Source of the DNA: Candidatus Portnoybacteria bacterium RBG_19FT_COMBO_36_7
Lineage (GTDB): Bacteria > Patescibacteriota > Minisyncoccia > Portnoybacterales > GWB1-42-6
NCBI GenBank assembly: GCA_001819495.1
Contig: MHMW01000028.1
Coordinates: 69,398-133,397 of the forward strand
DNA: 64,000 bases
Direction: 5' to 3'
Shown here: piece by piece, positions 37,613-47,123 of the stretch
Layout of the letters: each line of letters begins with the position of its first letter
Numbering within the stretch: the stretch's first letter is position 1
Program-made: the position numbers and the translations under genes
Notes under the pieces: model-generated
What the model saw: the letters and a program-made list of their open reading frames with translations, nothing else
What the model was told of the DNA's origin: nothing
The model's database searches: none

Positions 37613-38020
37613 TTACATGCTTTTTTTGTATTCTTCAATCACGGGCTTGATGTTCGGCGCGCAGTCTGGTGGCAGATTATCAATGTTAAACCATTTCGCC
37701 TCTCTTATATCTTCACCAAGCTTTACTTCACCGAGGCGTTTTGCTAGATAGTGGATTAAGATAACCCATGTTTGTAGATCACCGGGTTTTGGTATCATCA
37801 TTGGTTTTAGCGGCCGGATGATTTCAATATCAATGCCCATTTCTTCTTTAACTTCGCGGCGGCAGGCCTCTTCCAAAGAATTATTTATATCGGAAAAATC
37901 GAAATCTTCCACGCGGCCGCCCAAAAACTTCCAGAAAGTGTCATCACCGTGCTTGTTCAAAAGAACTTTACCTTCTTCAATAATGACCGGTCCTGAAGCG
38001 ACAATAAATTGTTTTTCCAT
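37613..38020 (-). CDS. NUDIX hydrolase
   Basis: Nudix box GGRVEDFD...EACRREVKEEMGI. Confidence 0.85.
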   Translation of the reverse strand: MEKQFIVASGPVIIEEGKVLLNKHGDDTFWKFLGGRVEDFDFSDINNSLEEACRREVKEEMGIDIEIIRPLKPMMIPKPGDLQTWVILIHYLAKRLGEVKLGEDIREAKWFNIDNLPPDCAPNIKPVIEEYKKSM

Positions 38021-38039
38021 ATTAATTTCCTCCTTTCTT

Positions 38040-39641
38040 CTATATGTTTTTTATCATATATTCATTTTTTAGTCCATAGCCGAGCTTTTTGTAGTAGTGG
38101 CGTACGCCAATGCCGGAAATGACAGCGATTTTTTTGTAGCCATCTTTTTTCGCTATTTTTTCCGCTTCAGCCATCAGCTTTTTGCCAAGACCGGAATGCT
38201 GGACGATTTTTTTGTCTGAGTTTATGCCGAGCGGAGCGAGATGGCCGTAAGTGTGCAATTCGCGGATTAGGGCAGAGCCATTTAATACGGGCGAGGCTTC
38301 AGCTTGAACAGATGGGATGCGCAGCCGCAAAAGCGCGTATAATTTTTTTTGTTTTGGGTCTTCAAAAGATAAAAATATTTCTTTGCCTCCCGAAGCCTTG
38401 TATTCGCGGCGGAATAATTTGATTTTATCACTTGGCAAATACTGACCCCGGATTTCGCGGCATCTGATGCAGCGGCATTGCTTCTGGCCTGAATTATCTA
38501 TAATTTGGCGCAGATTGGTCAGTTTGCTGCCGGCGATTATGCTTTGGCCGGGAATGTCTCTGATAATTCTTTGAATGCGCACATAAGGCGGAATTTTTTG
38601 TTTGATGCGCAGAATTAAATCAATGAGCTGGATTTCATTATAAGGCTTATATTTTCCTTGTTTCCAAAATTTATAGAGCTGGGCAGTTTTCAAAATAATG
38701 CAGGGATAGATTTTTAAGAGATCGGGCTGGAAATCCGGATTTTTAAATAATTCTTCAAGCATCTTTTCATCGCGCGCCAAATTTGAGCCTGGCAGATTAA
38801 GCATCATATGATAGTTAATTTTAAATCCCGCATTTTTTAAAAGTTTCGTGGCCCGTATCGTTTCTGCCACATCATGGCCGCGCAGATTTTTTCTTAAAAT
38901 GTCATCATAAATGCTTTGAACGCCCAATTCAACCCTTGTGCATCCCAGATCCCGCATTCTTTTAATTTCATCCAGATCAATAAAGTCGGGTCTGGTTTCC
39001 AAAGTCAGCCCGATGATACGATGTGCAGCAGTTTCATTCTTTTTCTGTTCTGCTTTTAATAATTTCCGTAAATTTTGAATTTTTAACTGTGATTTTGAAC
39101 TTTGAACTTTCAGCTTTGAACTTAAGGCGTTAGCCGCTTTGAAGCACTCTTTTATAAACCAGTATTGGTATAATCCCGGATATGCACTCCATGTTCCGCC
39201 CAGCACAATCAGTTCGATTTTGTCAGTTGGATGACCGGTCATTTTTAGCGCTTCGATTCTAGTTCTGACCTGCGCATAAGGATTAAATTTTGTCAGGTAC
39301 GCTCTTTGGGCTGCTGGCTCATTTTTCAGGTAGCTTTTGGGCATTCCTCTCTCATTCGGGCAATAAAGGCATCGGCCGGGGCAGGGCCATGGCTTTGTCA
39401 GCACTGTAATCACGGCCACGCCAGATGAAGTTCTTATTTCGCGGGTTTTTAGTGTTTTTTCCAGCTGTGGATTACTTTTTACCTTTTTCTTTTTGAGCAA
39501 ATCGTGATAAACTTTAAGCAGTTGAATATTATTGGGAACTTTTTGTTTAAATCTTAAGCTGCCCTCTCGCTTAATCTTAGCCAAATCTTGGGGGGTTTGG
39601 ATTTTTTGTTTGATTGATTGGCGAACGATATAAGTTAACAT
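38040..39641 (-). CDS. Elp3-family radical SAM + GNAT protein (tRNA wobble-uridine cm5U-type modification enzyme homologue)
   Basis: radical SAM CPGRCLYCP (Cx4Cx2C), radical SAM core, C-terminal GNAT HSGLGKKLMAEAEKIAKKDGYKKIAV; 533 aa. Confidence 0.8.
   Translation of the reverse strand: MLTYIVRQSIKQKIQTPQDLAKIKREGSLRFKQKVPNNIQLLKVYHDLLKKKKVKSNPQLEKTLKTREIRTSSGVAVITVLTKPWPCPGRCLYCPNERGMPKSYLKNEPAAQRAYLTKFNPYAQVRTRIEALKMTGHPTDKIELIVLGGTWSAYPGLYQYWFIKECFKAANALSSKLKVQSSKSQLKIQNLRKLLKAEQKKNETAAHRIIGLTLETRPDFIDLDEIKRMRDLGCTRVELGVQSIYDDILRKNLRGHDVAETIRATKLLKNAGFKINYHMMLNLPGSNLARDEKMLEELFKNPDFQPDLLKIYPCIILKTAQLYKFWKQGKYKPYNEIQLIDLILRIKQKIPPYVRIQRIIRDIPGQSIIAGSKLTNLRQIIDNSGQKQCRCIRCREIRGQYLPSDKIKLFRREYKASGGKEIFLSFEDPKQKKLYALLRLRIPSVQAEASPVLNGSALIRELHTYGHLAPLGINSDKKIVQHSGLGKKLMAEAEKIAKKDGYKKIAVISGIGVRHYYKKLGYGLKNEYMIKNI
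39074..39122. repeat. heptamer array embedded in-frame in the Elp3 gene (TTTTGAA TTTTTAA CTGTGAT TTTGAAC TTTGAAC TTTCAGC TTTGAAC)
   Basis: 7 units of 7 nt; encodes SSKLKVQSSKSQLKIQNL on the minus strand. Confidence 0.6.
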
Positions 39642-40329
39642 GGATAGAGAATTCGCGCTGAAAATTTTGGAAGATATCCGGCAGAGTTATGACAAGATTG
39701 CCGAAGATTTTTCGCGCACAAGAAAATCAGTCTGGGAGGAATTTAAACCGTTGAACCAATATGCTAAAGATGGCGATAAAATCCTGGATTTGGGATGCGG
39801 CAATGGCAGATTCGTTGAATTGTTTCAGGGTAAGAAAGTGGAATATGTCGGAATTGATGCTTCAGAAAAATTAATAGAAATTGCCAGCGGGAAATATCCC
39901 AATATCAATTTTCGGGCTTTCGACGGCCTAAAAATTCCTTTTTCTGATAACTATTTCGACGCGATATATTGCGTAGCTGTTTTGCATCATATTCCGGGGA
40001 ATGAATTAAGGCAAGAATTTTTGAAAGAAGTGTGCCGAGTACTGAAACCAAGCTGTAGATTGGTTTTAAGCACCTGGTATCTATGGCAGCAGAATACATT
40101 TTGGGGATTGCTTTTTAAGTTTACATTAAAAAAGTTAGTTGGCAAGTCGCGTCTGGATTTTTTTGATGTCATGGAGCCCTGGGGAAAAATATCGGAAAGA
40201 TACGTTCATAATTTCAGAAAAAAGGAGTTAAAAAACTTAATCAGAAAATGCGGTTTTGAAATTGAAGACTTTTTTGTTTTAAGAAGAGGATTGCATAATA
40301 ATAATTTATTAATGGTGGCAAAAAAATAA
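39640..40329 (+). CDS. class I SAM-dependent methyltransferase (Trm9-like motif I), divergent from Elp3
   Basis: motif I ILDLGCGNGRF; motif II/III pattern; 229 aa; start codon abuts the Elp3 start on the opposite strand. Confidence 0.7.
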   Translation: MDREFALKILEDIRQSYDKIAEDFSRTRKSVWEEFKPLNQYAKDGDKILDLGCGNGRFVELFQGKKVEYVGIDASEKLIEIASGKYPNINFRAFDGLKIPFSDNYFDAIYCVAVLHHIPGNELRQEFLKEVCRVLKPSCRLVLSTWYLWQQNTFWGLLFKFTLKKLVGKSRLDFFDVMEPWGKISERYVHNFRKKELKNLIRKCGFEIEDFFVLRRGLHNNNLLMVAKK

Positions 40330-41657
40330 TGTCGTTCATCGCCGATTTTCATATTCATTCTAAATACTCCCGCGCCACCTCGCGCGATATGGACCTGGAG
40401 CATCTTGAGCAGTGGGCAAAGATAAAAGGGATCAAGATTCTGGGCACGGGCGATTTTACCCATCCTGTCTGGTTTAAAGAGTTGACCTCCAGACTTGAGC
40501 CGGCTGAAAAAGGGCTGTTTAAAATTAAAAGGCATGGTTTGAACGGAAAGTCAAAAAACGGAAATGATCTGGGCTGGTATACTCCTTGCTTCAGGCCTGA
40601 AGAAATCAGGTTTATTCTAACGACAGAAATCAGCTGTATTTATTCAAAAAACAACCGGACCAGAAAAATTCATCTGATTGTCTTTGCGCCAAGCTTTGAA
40701 TTTGTTGAAAAATTCAATACTCACCTGGGATGGCTGGGAAATCTGAAAGCGGATGGCCGGCCGATTTTGGGGCTGGATGCAAAAGAAATTGTTAAAATTT
40801 CCCTGAATTTGTCGTCAGAGGCAATGGTTGTTCCCGGCCATGCCTGGACTCCCTGGTTTTCTATCTTTGGCTCAATGTCGGGTTTTAATTCAATTCAGGA
40901 ATGCTTCGACGAATATTCGAGGCATATTTATGCGATTGAAACCGGCCTTTCCAGCGATCCGGCCATGAACTGGCGGGTAGCAGATTTAGACGACATAACC
41001 TTAATTTCTAATTCCGATTCCCACAGCCCGCAGAAAATTGGCCGGGAGGCAAATATTTTGGAAGGCAAAGAGATTAGTTATTCAAAGATTACCGAAGCGA
41101 TACGGCTGGGAGCCAAAGCGCCAAAATCAAATAGCCTGCGATTGATAAAAACAGTTGAATTCTTTCCTGAAGAAGGAAAATATCATTATGACGGCCATCG
41201 CGTCTGCAAGGTCGTTTTTAGTCCCCAAGAAACAAAAAAACATAAAAATATCTGTCCTGTCTGCGGCCGGCCCCTGACCATCGGAGTAATGAACAGGGTG
41301 GATGAGCTGGCCAAGCGGCCTGAGGAATTCAAAAAAGAAGGGGCGATTCCGTATTTAAGCCTTATTCCGCTTGAAGAAATAATTGCCGATGCATTTGGAG
41401 TCGGAGTTGGCACAAAAACAGTTGACCGTGAATATAAAGATCTGATAAATAAATTCGGCAACGAATTCAATATTTTGATGGACGCTTCCCGCAGCGAACT
41501 TGAAAGGTCAACTAAGCCCGAAGTGGCAGAAGGAATTATCAGGGTCAGAGAGAAAAAGGTAAAGATTGAGCCGGGCTATGACGGCGAATACGGAAAGATC
41601 AAGATTTTTAGCGAGGGAGAACAGAAGGGTTATTCCAAGCAGAGCAGCCTTTTTTGA
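40329..41657 (+). CDS. PHP-domain phosphoesterase with C-terminal zinc ribbon
   Basis: N-terminal DFHIHSKYS PHP motif; further His/Asp metal ligands; CPVCGRPL zinc ribbon; 442 aa. Confidence 0.6.
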   Translation: MSFIADFHIHSKYSRATSRDMDLEHLEQWAKIKGIKILGTGDFTHPVWFKELTSRLEPAEKGLFKIKRHGLNGKSKNGNDLGWYTPCFRPEEIRFILTTEISCIYSKNNRTRKIHLIVFAPSFEFVEKFNTHLGWLGNLKADGRPILGLDAKEIVKISLNLSSEAMVVPGHAWTPWFSIFGSMSGFNSIQECFDEYSRHIYAIETGLSSDPAMNWRVADLDDITLISNSDSHSPQKIGREANILEGKEISYSKITEAIRLGAKAPKSNSLRLIKTVEFFPEEGKYHYDGHRVCKVVFSPQETKKHKNICPVCGRPLTIGVMNRVDELAKRPEEFKKEGAIPYLSLIPLEEIIADAFGVGVGTKTVDREYKDLINKFGNEFNILMDASRSELERSTKPEVAEGIIRVREKKVKIEPGYDGEYGKIKIFSEGEQKGYSKQSSLF

Positions 41658-41662
41658 ATATT

Positions 41663-41692
41663 GACTTGTGGCCCCAAAGGGCTATCATATAA
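41663..41692 (+). promoter_or_regulatory. sigma70-like promoter (-35 TTGACT, 16 nt, -10 TATCAT)
   Basis: sequence match only. Confidence 0.35.
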
Positions 41693-41808
41693 ATAGACAA
41701 ATAAGTTAGCTACAATCGAGGTCCCAAAAAGTATTTTAGTTTTATCTAGGTATCTTTGAAGGCCAAAGAAGTATTAACTTATTAGTCTGGAAAGCGAGGT
41801 GAAAAAAT

Positions 41809-42021
41809 TTGGCCTTCAATAAATTTGGCAAAGGACCTCGAAGAGATGACGGCGGCGCCGGTCCTGGCGGAGGTTTTCAGCGGCAGATGTTCCAGGGCGA
41901 CTGGACCTGTTCTGATTGCGGAGGAAAAATAACGGAACTGCCCTTCCAGCCGGCACCGGATCGTCCTATATACTGCCGTGACTGCCACCAGAAACACAGG
42001 CAAGATCGTTTTAGCCGCTAA
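41809..42021 (+). CDS. small zinc-ribbon protein (CxxC...CxxC) with Gly-rich N-terminus
   Basis: TTG start 8 nt after AGGTGA; CSDCGGKITELPFQPAPDRPIYCRDC pattern. Confidence 0.45.
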   Translation: MAFNKFGKGPRRDDGGAGPGGGFQRQMFQGDWTCSDCGGKITELPFQPAPDRPIYCRDCHQKHRQDRFSR

Positions 42022-42157
42022 TCTTTATCTGCAGATAATTCAAAGCCCCGACTGAACCGGGGTTTTGAATTATTTTTAAGTTGACGGATTCTTTGTTATT
42101 GTGATAATTTTATATAACAAGTTGTTTAATAATTGAATAAAAAAACAAAAAGGAGGA

Positions 42158-42547
42158 ATGGATATGCATGCACATTTTGGAGATCCGTTGGTGGTCGAGG
42201 GTAATTATTTTTTCCGTTTGCCTGCCGGAAGAAAAGGCAAGGCATTGGAAGAAGGGTATCGGATATTTGATTTAGATAATCCAACCAAAGTAGTGGATAT
42301 CACCGGCAGAGAGCTTGGTGAGGCGCAGGTAATTTCTACAAAACAGACCAAGTTTGATTATTTGTCCAAAAAAGATATCGGCGAACTGAAAAACCTTGGC
42401 CTTAAATCAAAAGAGCAGGCATTAAGGACTCTTAACAGCAGATATTCAAAAAATATCAGATGGGTTACTTTTGTGATATTTATTCCAGTAGTAAGATTGG
42501 TCAATAGAGAACCTTTTTATAAAAAGGAGGTCGTTGATGGAAGATGA
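42158..42547 (+). CDS. hypothetical protein
   Basis: RBS AAAGGAGG 7 nt upstream of ATG; 129 aa; no recognisable motif. Confidence 0.5.
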   Translation: MDMHAHFGDPLVVEGNYFFRLPAGRKGKALEEGYRIFDLDNPTKVVDITGRELGEAQVISTKQTKFDYLSKKDIGELKNLGLKSKEQALRTLNSRYSKNIRWVTFVIFIPVVRLVNREPFYKKEVVDGR

Positions 42548-42818
42548 ATGTAAATTTTTTGAAAGTGATAAAGTTGAGGGAGTTTCTGAATCAGAAATAC
42601 GGAGTTTCAATAATGATTACGATTACCGGTGCCCTCATTGCGGAAGCAGTGAATATCTTGTTTATCTTAACCATATCATAGGCTGCAACTGGATTATTTT
42701 TTCATGCGAGAAATGCCTGATTGGGTTCAAGGAGGAAGATCTGGTAGGCGGGTTTTTCCCGCAGAAACAATTATGGCTAAAAGAAAAGTACCAACAAAAA
42801 CAGAGAACTAAAAGTTAA
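42537..42818 (+). CDS. small zinc-ribbon protein (CPHCG...CEKC)
   Basis: ATG 6 nt after AGGAGG; two CxxC pairs. Confidence 0.5.
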   Translation: MEDECKFFESDKVEGVSESEIRSFNNDYDYRCPHCGSSEYLVYLNHIIGCNWIIFSCEKCLIGFKEEDLVGGFFPQKQLWLKEKYQQKQRTKS

Positions 42819-42821
42819 TTA

Positions 42822-42850
42822 AGGCCGGGTTTTTGCTACCCGGCTTTTTT
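42822..42850 (+). terminator. intrinsic terminator
   Basis: GCCGGGT-TTTTGCT-ACCCGGC perfect 7-bp stem followed by TTTTTT. Confidence 0.6.
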
Positions 42851-42853
42851 ATT

Positions 42854-42916
42854 GGCGGGTAGTGAAATTTCGTCAATAATTTTTTGGGCGAAACAGTCGA
42901 AATTCTACTACCCGCC
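42854..42916. repeat. palindromic element copy 4 (GGCGGGTAGTGAAATTTCG ... CGAAATTCTACTACCCGCC) with compensatory arm changes
   Basis: same GTGAAAWTTCG / CGAAWTTCTAC core as the other copies; arm ends changed CCAGG to GCGGG and CCTGG to CCCGC in a complementary manner. Confidence 0.75.
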
Positions 42917-42951
42917 TTGCCCAATTAATTGAATTACATTACGATTATCGT

Positions 42952-43893
42952 ATGAAGAAAAACAAAAAAGCAAAAGCTTTGGTTTTGCTTTCAGGCGGCT
43001 TGGATTCAATTTTGGCCGTCAGATTATTGCAGGAACAGGGAATAGAAGTTGTGGCGATAAATTTCCGGACTAATTTTTGCGGCCCGTCCAAAGCCAGACC
43101 GGCGGCGCAGGCGCTGGGCGTGCCTCTGCGCGAAGTTGATATCAGAAATGAATTTATTGAAGTTTTGAAGAAACCAAAACACGGCTACGGCGCGGGACTG
43201 AATCCCTGCATTGACTGCCACGCCTTGATGCTAAAAAAAGCAGCAGAGATCACGAGGCGGGAAGGTTATGATTTTGTGGCCACCGGCGAAGTTTTAGGCG
43301 AACGGCCGATGTCTCAGTATAGAAAAGCCTTAAAGATCGTGGAAAAAGAAGCTGGCCTGGAAGGTTATTTATTGCGTCCGCTTTCCGCCAAATTGCTTGA
43401 GCCGACAGTTGCCGAACATGACGGTCGTATCAATCGTGAAAAATTATTGGCTTTGAGCGGTCGCAACCGGAAACCGCAGATGGAACTGGCAAAAAAATTT
43501 GGCATTAAACAATATCCCAGCCCGGCGGGCGGCTGCGCTCTGACGCAGGCTGGATTTGTTGAGCGGTTAAGGGAACTGATAGGTCAAAAACCGGATTTTA
43601 ATTCAGAAGACACAGATTTAGTGCGGATTGGCAGGCATTTTTGGATTGAAGGCAGGCAGATTATCATTGGCCGCAATAAAGAGGAAAATCAAATTTTGGA
43701 AGCCATTTTTAAAAAAGGCGATATTTTAATTAAGCCAAAAAGCTTTATCGGGCCAAGCGCCCTTTTGCGAGGAGAAAAAATTGACAGCCAGATAGTTCAA
43801 AGAATCAAAGAATTAATCTTTAAGTTTTCGTCTGGGGCAAAAAATTTAGATATATCGGAATTAAATTTTAAAACGAGAGGCAGAATCAAATAA
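42952..43893 (+). CDS. PP-loop ATP pyrophosphatase, ThiI/MnmA-like tRNA thiolation-type enzyme
   Basis: PP-loop LLSGGLDSILA; CIDC plus a later Cys; about 313 aa; exact subfamily not resolvable by eye. Confidence 0.55.
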   Translation: MKKNKKAKALVLLSGGLDSILAVRLLQEQGIEVVAINFRTNFCGPSKARPAAQALGVPLREVDIRNEFIEVLKKPKHGYGAGLNPCIDCHALMLKKAAEITRREGYDFVATGEVLGERPMSQYRKALKIVEKEAGLEGYLLRPLSAKLLEPTVAEHDGRINREKLLALSGRNRKPQMELAKKFGIKQYPSPAGGCALTQAGFVERLRELIGQKPDFNSEDTDLVRIGRHFWIEGRQIIIGRNKEENQILEAIFKKGDILIKPKSFIGPSALLRGEKIDSQIVQRIKELIFKFSSGAKNLDISELNFKTRGRIK

Positions 43894-43943
43894 AAAATTT
43901 AAAGAGACAAGTTCTTTTAAAAAAACAAAAAGGAGGCACAAAA

Positions 43944-44114
43944 ATGAAACCGGATGAAATTTGGGAAAGTTTTTTGGTAAAGGTAAAATATGCAGGGGAG
44001 GATATTTGGAATTTTTTATTGTTTAAGCTGGCAATCTGGATATTAGCCGGTGCGATTATCGGATTTTTGGAAACAAAAGAATTTTTTGAAAAGACGATTA
44101 AAAAACGAAAATAG
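43944..44114 (+). CDS. small membrane protein (hypothetical)
   Basis: ATG 7 nt after AGGAGG; 56 aa with one TM helix. Confidence 0.4.
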   Translation: MKPDEIWESFLVKVKYAGEDIWNFLLFKLAIWILAGAIIGFLETKEFFEKTIKKRK

Positions 44115-44164
44115 CCAAATCATCAAATGCCAAAGAGAAGTTCCATTCTTTGTTTTTGCCAAGA

Positions 44165-44193
44165 TTGACAATTATCTTGGTTTAAGATATAAT
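44165..44193 (+). promoter_or_regulatory. consensus sigma70 promoter (-35 TTGACA, 17 nt, -10 TATAAT; a second TATAAT follows)
   Basis: perfect hexamers with 17-nt spacer, about 50 nt upstream of the 44245 ORF. Confidence 0.55.
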
Positions 44194-44244
44194 TATAATC
44201 CAGTTGGATGAATCAAAATTCTTTAAAAATTTAAGGAGGTAAAA

Positions 44245-44691
44245 ATGAGAAGCAATGACAATGGCAGTAGGAAACAAACAACTTTTCCTATCAAATGTTA
44301 TTATTGCAGAGAAGAATTTAAAGTGGCAGCAGACCATCCGAGTTTCATCAATAAGGCTTTTTGCAATAAAAGGGAATGCGTAGAAAAACACTTCGAAGAC
44401 AAAAAGAACGGCAGGAAGCGGCTCGAGAAATATAAAGCACATGTTATCTCGGAAAAAGAGAAACATAAAAAGAAGAAAAAATTCATGGTGGTTTTTTTTG
44501 TTGACGAAGAGAAAAAAGTTGTTTTCAGGGAAAATGGCGGCGGACCGCCCATCCGGGTCGGGGAAATAATCCCGGAAGAAAGAATTCCCGAAAGGCTGAA
44601 AGATAATGATTATGTTTTTGTAATAGAAGGTTTTGGTCTGCCTGGCCGGATAAACCAATATCGTAGGGACATTATCAGAGGGCTCTCTTAA
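44245..44691 (+). CDS. hypothetical protein with N-terminal Cys4 zinc-binding region
   Basis: RBS AAGGAGG 7 nt upstream; CYYC...CNKREC; 148 aa. Confidence 0.5.
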   Translation: MRSNDNGSRKQTTFPIKCYYCREEFKVAADHPSFINKAFCNKRECVEKHFEDKKNGRKRLEKYKAHVISEKEKHKKKKKFMVVFFVDEEKKVVFRENGGGPPIRVGEIIPEERIPERLKDNDYVFVIEGFGLPGRINQYRRDIIRGLS

Positions 44692-44766
44692 AAAATTAAA
44701 ATAGCGGACTTTAAACTTAAGGTCCGCTTTTTGATTTTTTTGGGCAGATGCTGATATAATGAAAAT

Positions 44767-46491
44767 ATGATGAATTCAAAAATAGCCAAGATTTTTTATC
44801 AGATATCGGAATATCTTATCATGAAAGATGTGGCTTTTAAGCCCCAGGCCTATGAGCGGGCAGCGCGGCTTATCGAATCAATGGAAGAAGATCTTGATGA
44901 TGTCTACAAAAAAGGCGGGGTTAAAGCTTTGATGAAAATTGAAGGCATTGGAGAAAGCATGGCGGAAAAAATAGAGGAATTCATCAAAACAGGCAAAATA
45001 AAAGATTATGAAAAATTGCGAAAAGAGTGCCCGGTTGACCTGGAAGTGCTGACATCAGTAGAGGGGATCGGGCCAAAAATGATAAAAGCGCTTTACGAAA
45101 AACTGCATGTGAAAACGTTAAACGATTTGGAAAAAGCGGCCAAAGCCCATAAGATTCAGAAATTGCCGCGATTCGGGCCCAAAGTCGAGGAAAATATCTT
45201 GACCGGCATTGAATTTGCCAAAGGAAGCCATGGCCGGTTTTTGCTGGGTTTTATTTTGCCGCTGGTGCGAAAAATAGAAAATCGGCTGCGGGATCTGGAT
45301 TTTGTTTCCCAGGCAGTGGCGGCCGGTTCGGTCCGCCGCATGAAAGAAACCGTCGGGGATATCGATATTTTAGTCGTTTCTTCCAAGCCGGAAAAAGCGA
45401 TGGACTATTTTTGTTCGATGAACGAAGTGGAAAAAATAATTGCCAAAGGAGAAACAAAGAGTTCAGTACGGCTGGATCTGGGGCTGGATGCCGATATCAG
45501 GGTTGTTGCAAAAGAAAGTTTCGGCGCCGCTCTGCAGTATTTTACCGGCAATAAAGACCATAACGTGGTGCTTCGCCGGCTGGCTCAGGATAAAAGATTT
45601 AAGCTCAACGAATACGGCATTTTTCGCGGCAAAAAACGAATTGCCGGAAAAACCGAAGAGGAAGTTTATAAAGTTCTTGGACTTGAATGGATGGATCCGG
45701 AATTAAGAGAAAATACAGGCGAAATAGAGGCATCTGATTCGGGCAAACTGCCGAAACTCGTCGATTACAAAGATATCAAAGGCGATCTGCAGATGCATTC
45801 GGAATGGTCGGATGGCGCGCATTCAATAAAAAAATTAGCCGAAACAGCAGGACAGCTTGGCCATGAATATATTGCCATAACCGATCATACGGGCGAGCTA
45901 CGCATTGCCGGCGGCATGAGCGAAAAAGAAATTTTGAGATATTTTGTCGAAATCGAAAAGATTGATAAGGCGCTTAAAGGCATCAGAATTTTAAAAGGAA
46001 TTGAAACAAATATCAGAAAAGACGGGACAATTGATATCTCTGACAAAATTCTGGCCAAAGCAGACATTGTTTTGGCTTCGGTGCATTCCAATTTTAAAAT
46101 GGGCAAAGAAGAGATGACAAAAAGGATCTGCCGCGCAATGGAAAATCCATACGTTGACATTATTTCCCATCCAACGGCCAGGGTCATTCAGGGCCGGCCA
46201 GGATACGAAGTTGATTTTGACAAACTTTTTGAATGCGCCAAGCGAACAGGCACGGTGCTGGAAATAAATTCTTATCCAGACAGACTTGATCTTTCTGACG
46301 TCAATATCAAGCGGGCAATTGGGGCGGGAGTTAAACTTTCCATCGGCACTGATTCGCATTCAAGAAACCAGCTGCACAATATCGAACTTGGCATTGCGCA
46401 GGCGAGGCGAGGTTGGTCTGAAAAGAAAGACATAATCAACACAATGGGCTTTGAAGATTTAATAGTTTTTTTAAAGAGGCATAAAAAATGA
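44767..46491 (+). CDS. DNA polymerase X family protein with C-terminal PHP domain
   Basis: HhH motifs (IEGIGESMAEKI, VEGIGPKMI), nucleotidyltransferase GSVRRMKETVGDIDILV, C-terminal PHP histidines; 574 aa. Confidence 0.85.
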   Translation: MMNSKIAKIFYQISEYLIMKDVAFKPQAYERAARLIESMEEDLDDVYKKGGVKALMKIEGIGESMAEKIEEFIKTGKIKDYEKLRKECPVDLEVLTSVEGIGPKMIKALYEKLHVKTLNDLEKAAKAHKIQKLPRFGPKVEENILTGIEFAKGSHGRFLLGFILPLVRKIENRLRDLDFVSQAVAAGSVRRMKETVGDIDILVVSSKPEKAMDYFCSMNEVEKIIAKGETKSSVRLDLGLDADIRVVAKESFGAALQYFTGNKDHNVVLRRLAQDKRFKLNEYGIFRGKKRIAGKTEEEVYKVLGLEWMDPELRENTGEIEASDSGKLPKLVDYKDIKGDLQMHSEWSDGAHSIKKLAETAGQLGHEYIAITDHTGELRIAGGMSEKEILRYFVEIEKIDKALKGIRILKGIETNIRKDGTIDISDKILAKADIVLASVHSNFKMGKEEMTKRICRAMENPYVDIISHPTARVIQGRPGYEVDFDKLFECAKRTGTVLEINSYPDRLDLSDVNIKRAIGAGVKLSIGTDSHSRNQLHNIELGIAQARRGWSEKKDIINTMGFEDLIVFLKRHKK

Positions 46492-47087
46492 AATTTGCGA
46501 AAATTTATTTGGTGCGGCATGGCGAGGTTGCAAATTATAAAAATATCATTTACGGATACAGGCCGCTAAAATTAAGCAAGAAAGGGGAGCGAGAGGCCAG
46601 AGAAACCGCTGTTTTTTTGAAAAACAAAAATATTACGGCGATTTTTTCAAGCCCGCAAAAAAGAACCCAGCAGACTTCCAAAATCATAAGCCAGGTTATT
46701 TCAAAAAGAAAGACAAAAGTCCAGACAGAAAGAGATCTGCGTGAATCAGGCTGGGGGCATTTTTTGGAAGGGTTGACCTGGGAGCAGGTAAGAAAAAAAT
46801 ATCCAAAAGAGACGCTTCTTTATAACCGCGAGCCTTCCAAGATAAAAAAAGGCGAAAGCCTGCAAAAAATGGCTGGCCGGATGTTAAAAATTATCCAAAA
46901 AATAATTAAAAAATATCCGGGTCAAAATTTTGTCATTGTTTCGCACCGCGACCCTATTCTGGCTTTGTTGCTTAAAATTTCCAAGCGCAGTTTCAATGAT
47001 CTGCACAAGGTTCAATATCTATGCGGCACCGGCTCGGTCCTGGAAGTTGACTTAATCGGGGAGAGACTGATTAATAAAAACTTTTAA
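46488..47087 (+). CDS. histidine phosphatase superfamily protein (phosphoglycerate mutase-like)
   Basis: IYLVRHGEV RHG motif; later SH motif (VSHRD). Confidence 0.75.
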   Translation: MKFAKIYLVRHGEVANYKNIIYGYRPLKLSKKGEREARETAVFLKNKNITAIFSSPQKRTQQTSKIISQVISKRKTKVQTERDLRESGWGHFLEGLTWEQVRKKYPKETLLYNREPSKIKKGESLQKMAGRMLKIIQKIIKKYPGQNFVIVSHRDPILALLLKISKRSFNDLHKVQYLCGTGSVLEVDLIGERLINKNF

Positions 47088-47108
47088 TTTTTCAATTTTC
47101 ATTTTTAA
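47081..47108. repeat. heptamer array (CTTTTAA TTTTTCA ATTTTCA TTTTTAA)
   Basis: 4 tandem 7-nt units overlapping the stop codon of the phosphatase gene. Confidence 0.5.
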
Positions 47109-47123
47109 CTTAGCGAAGCACTT

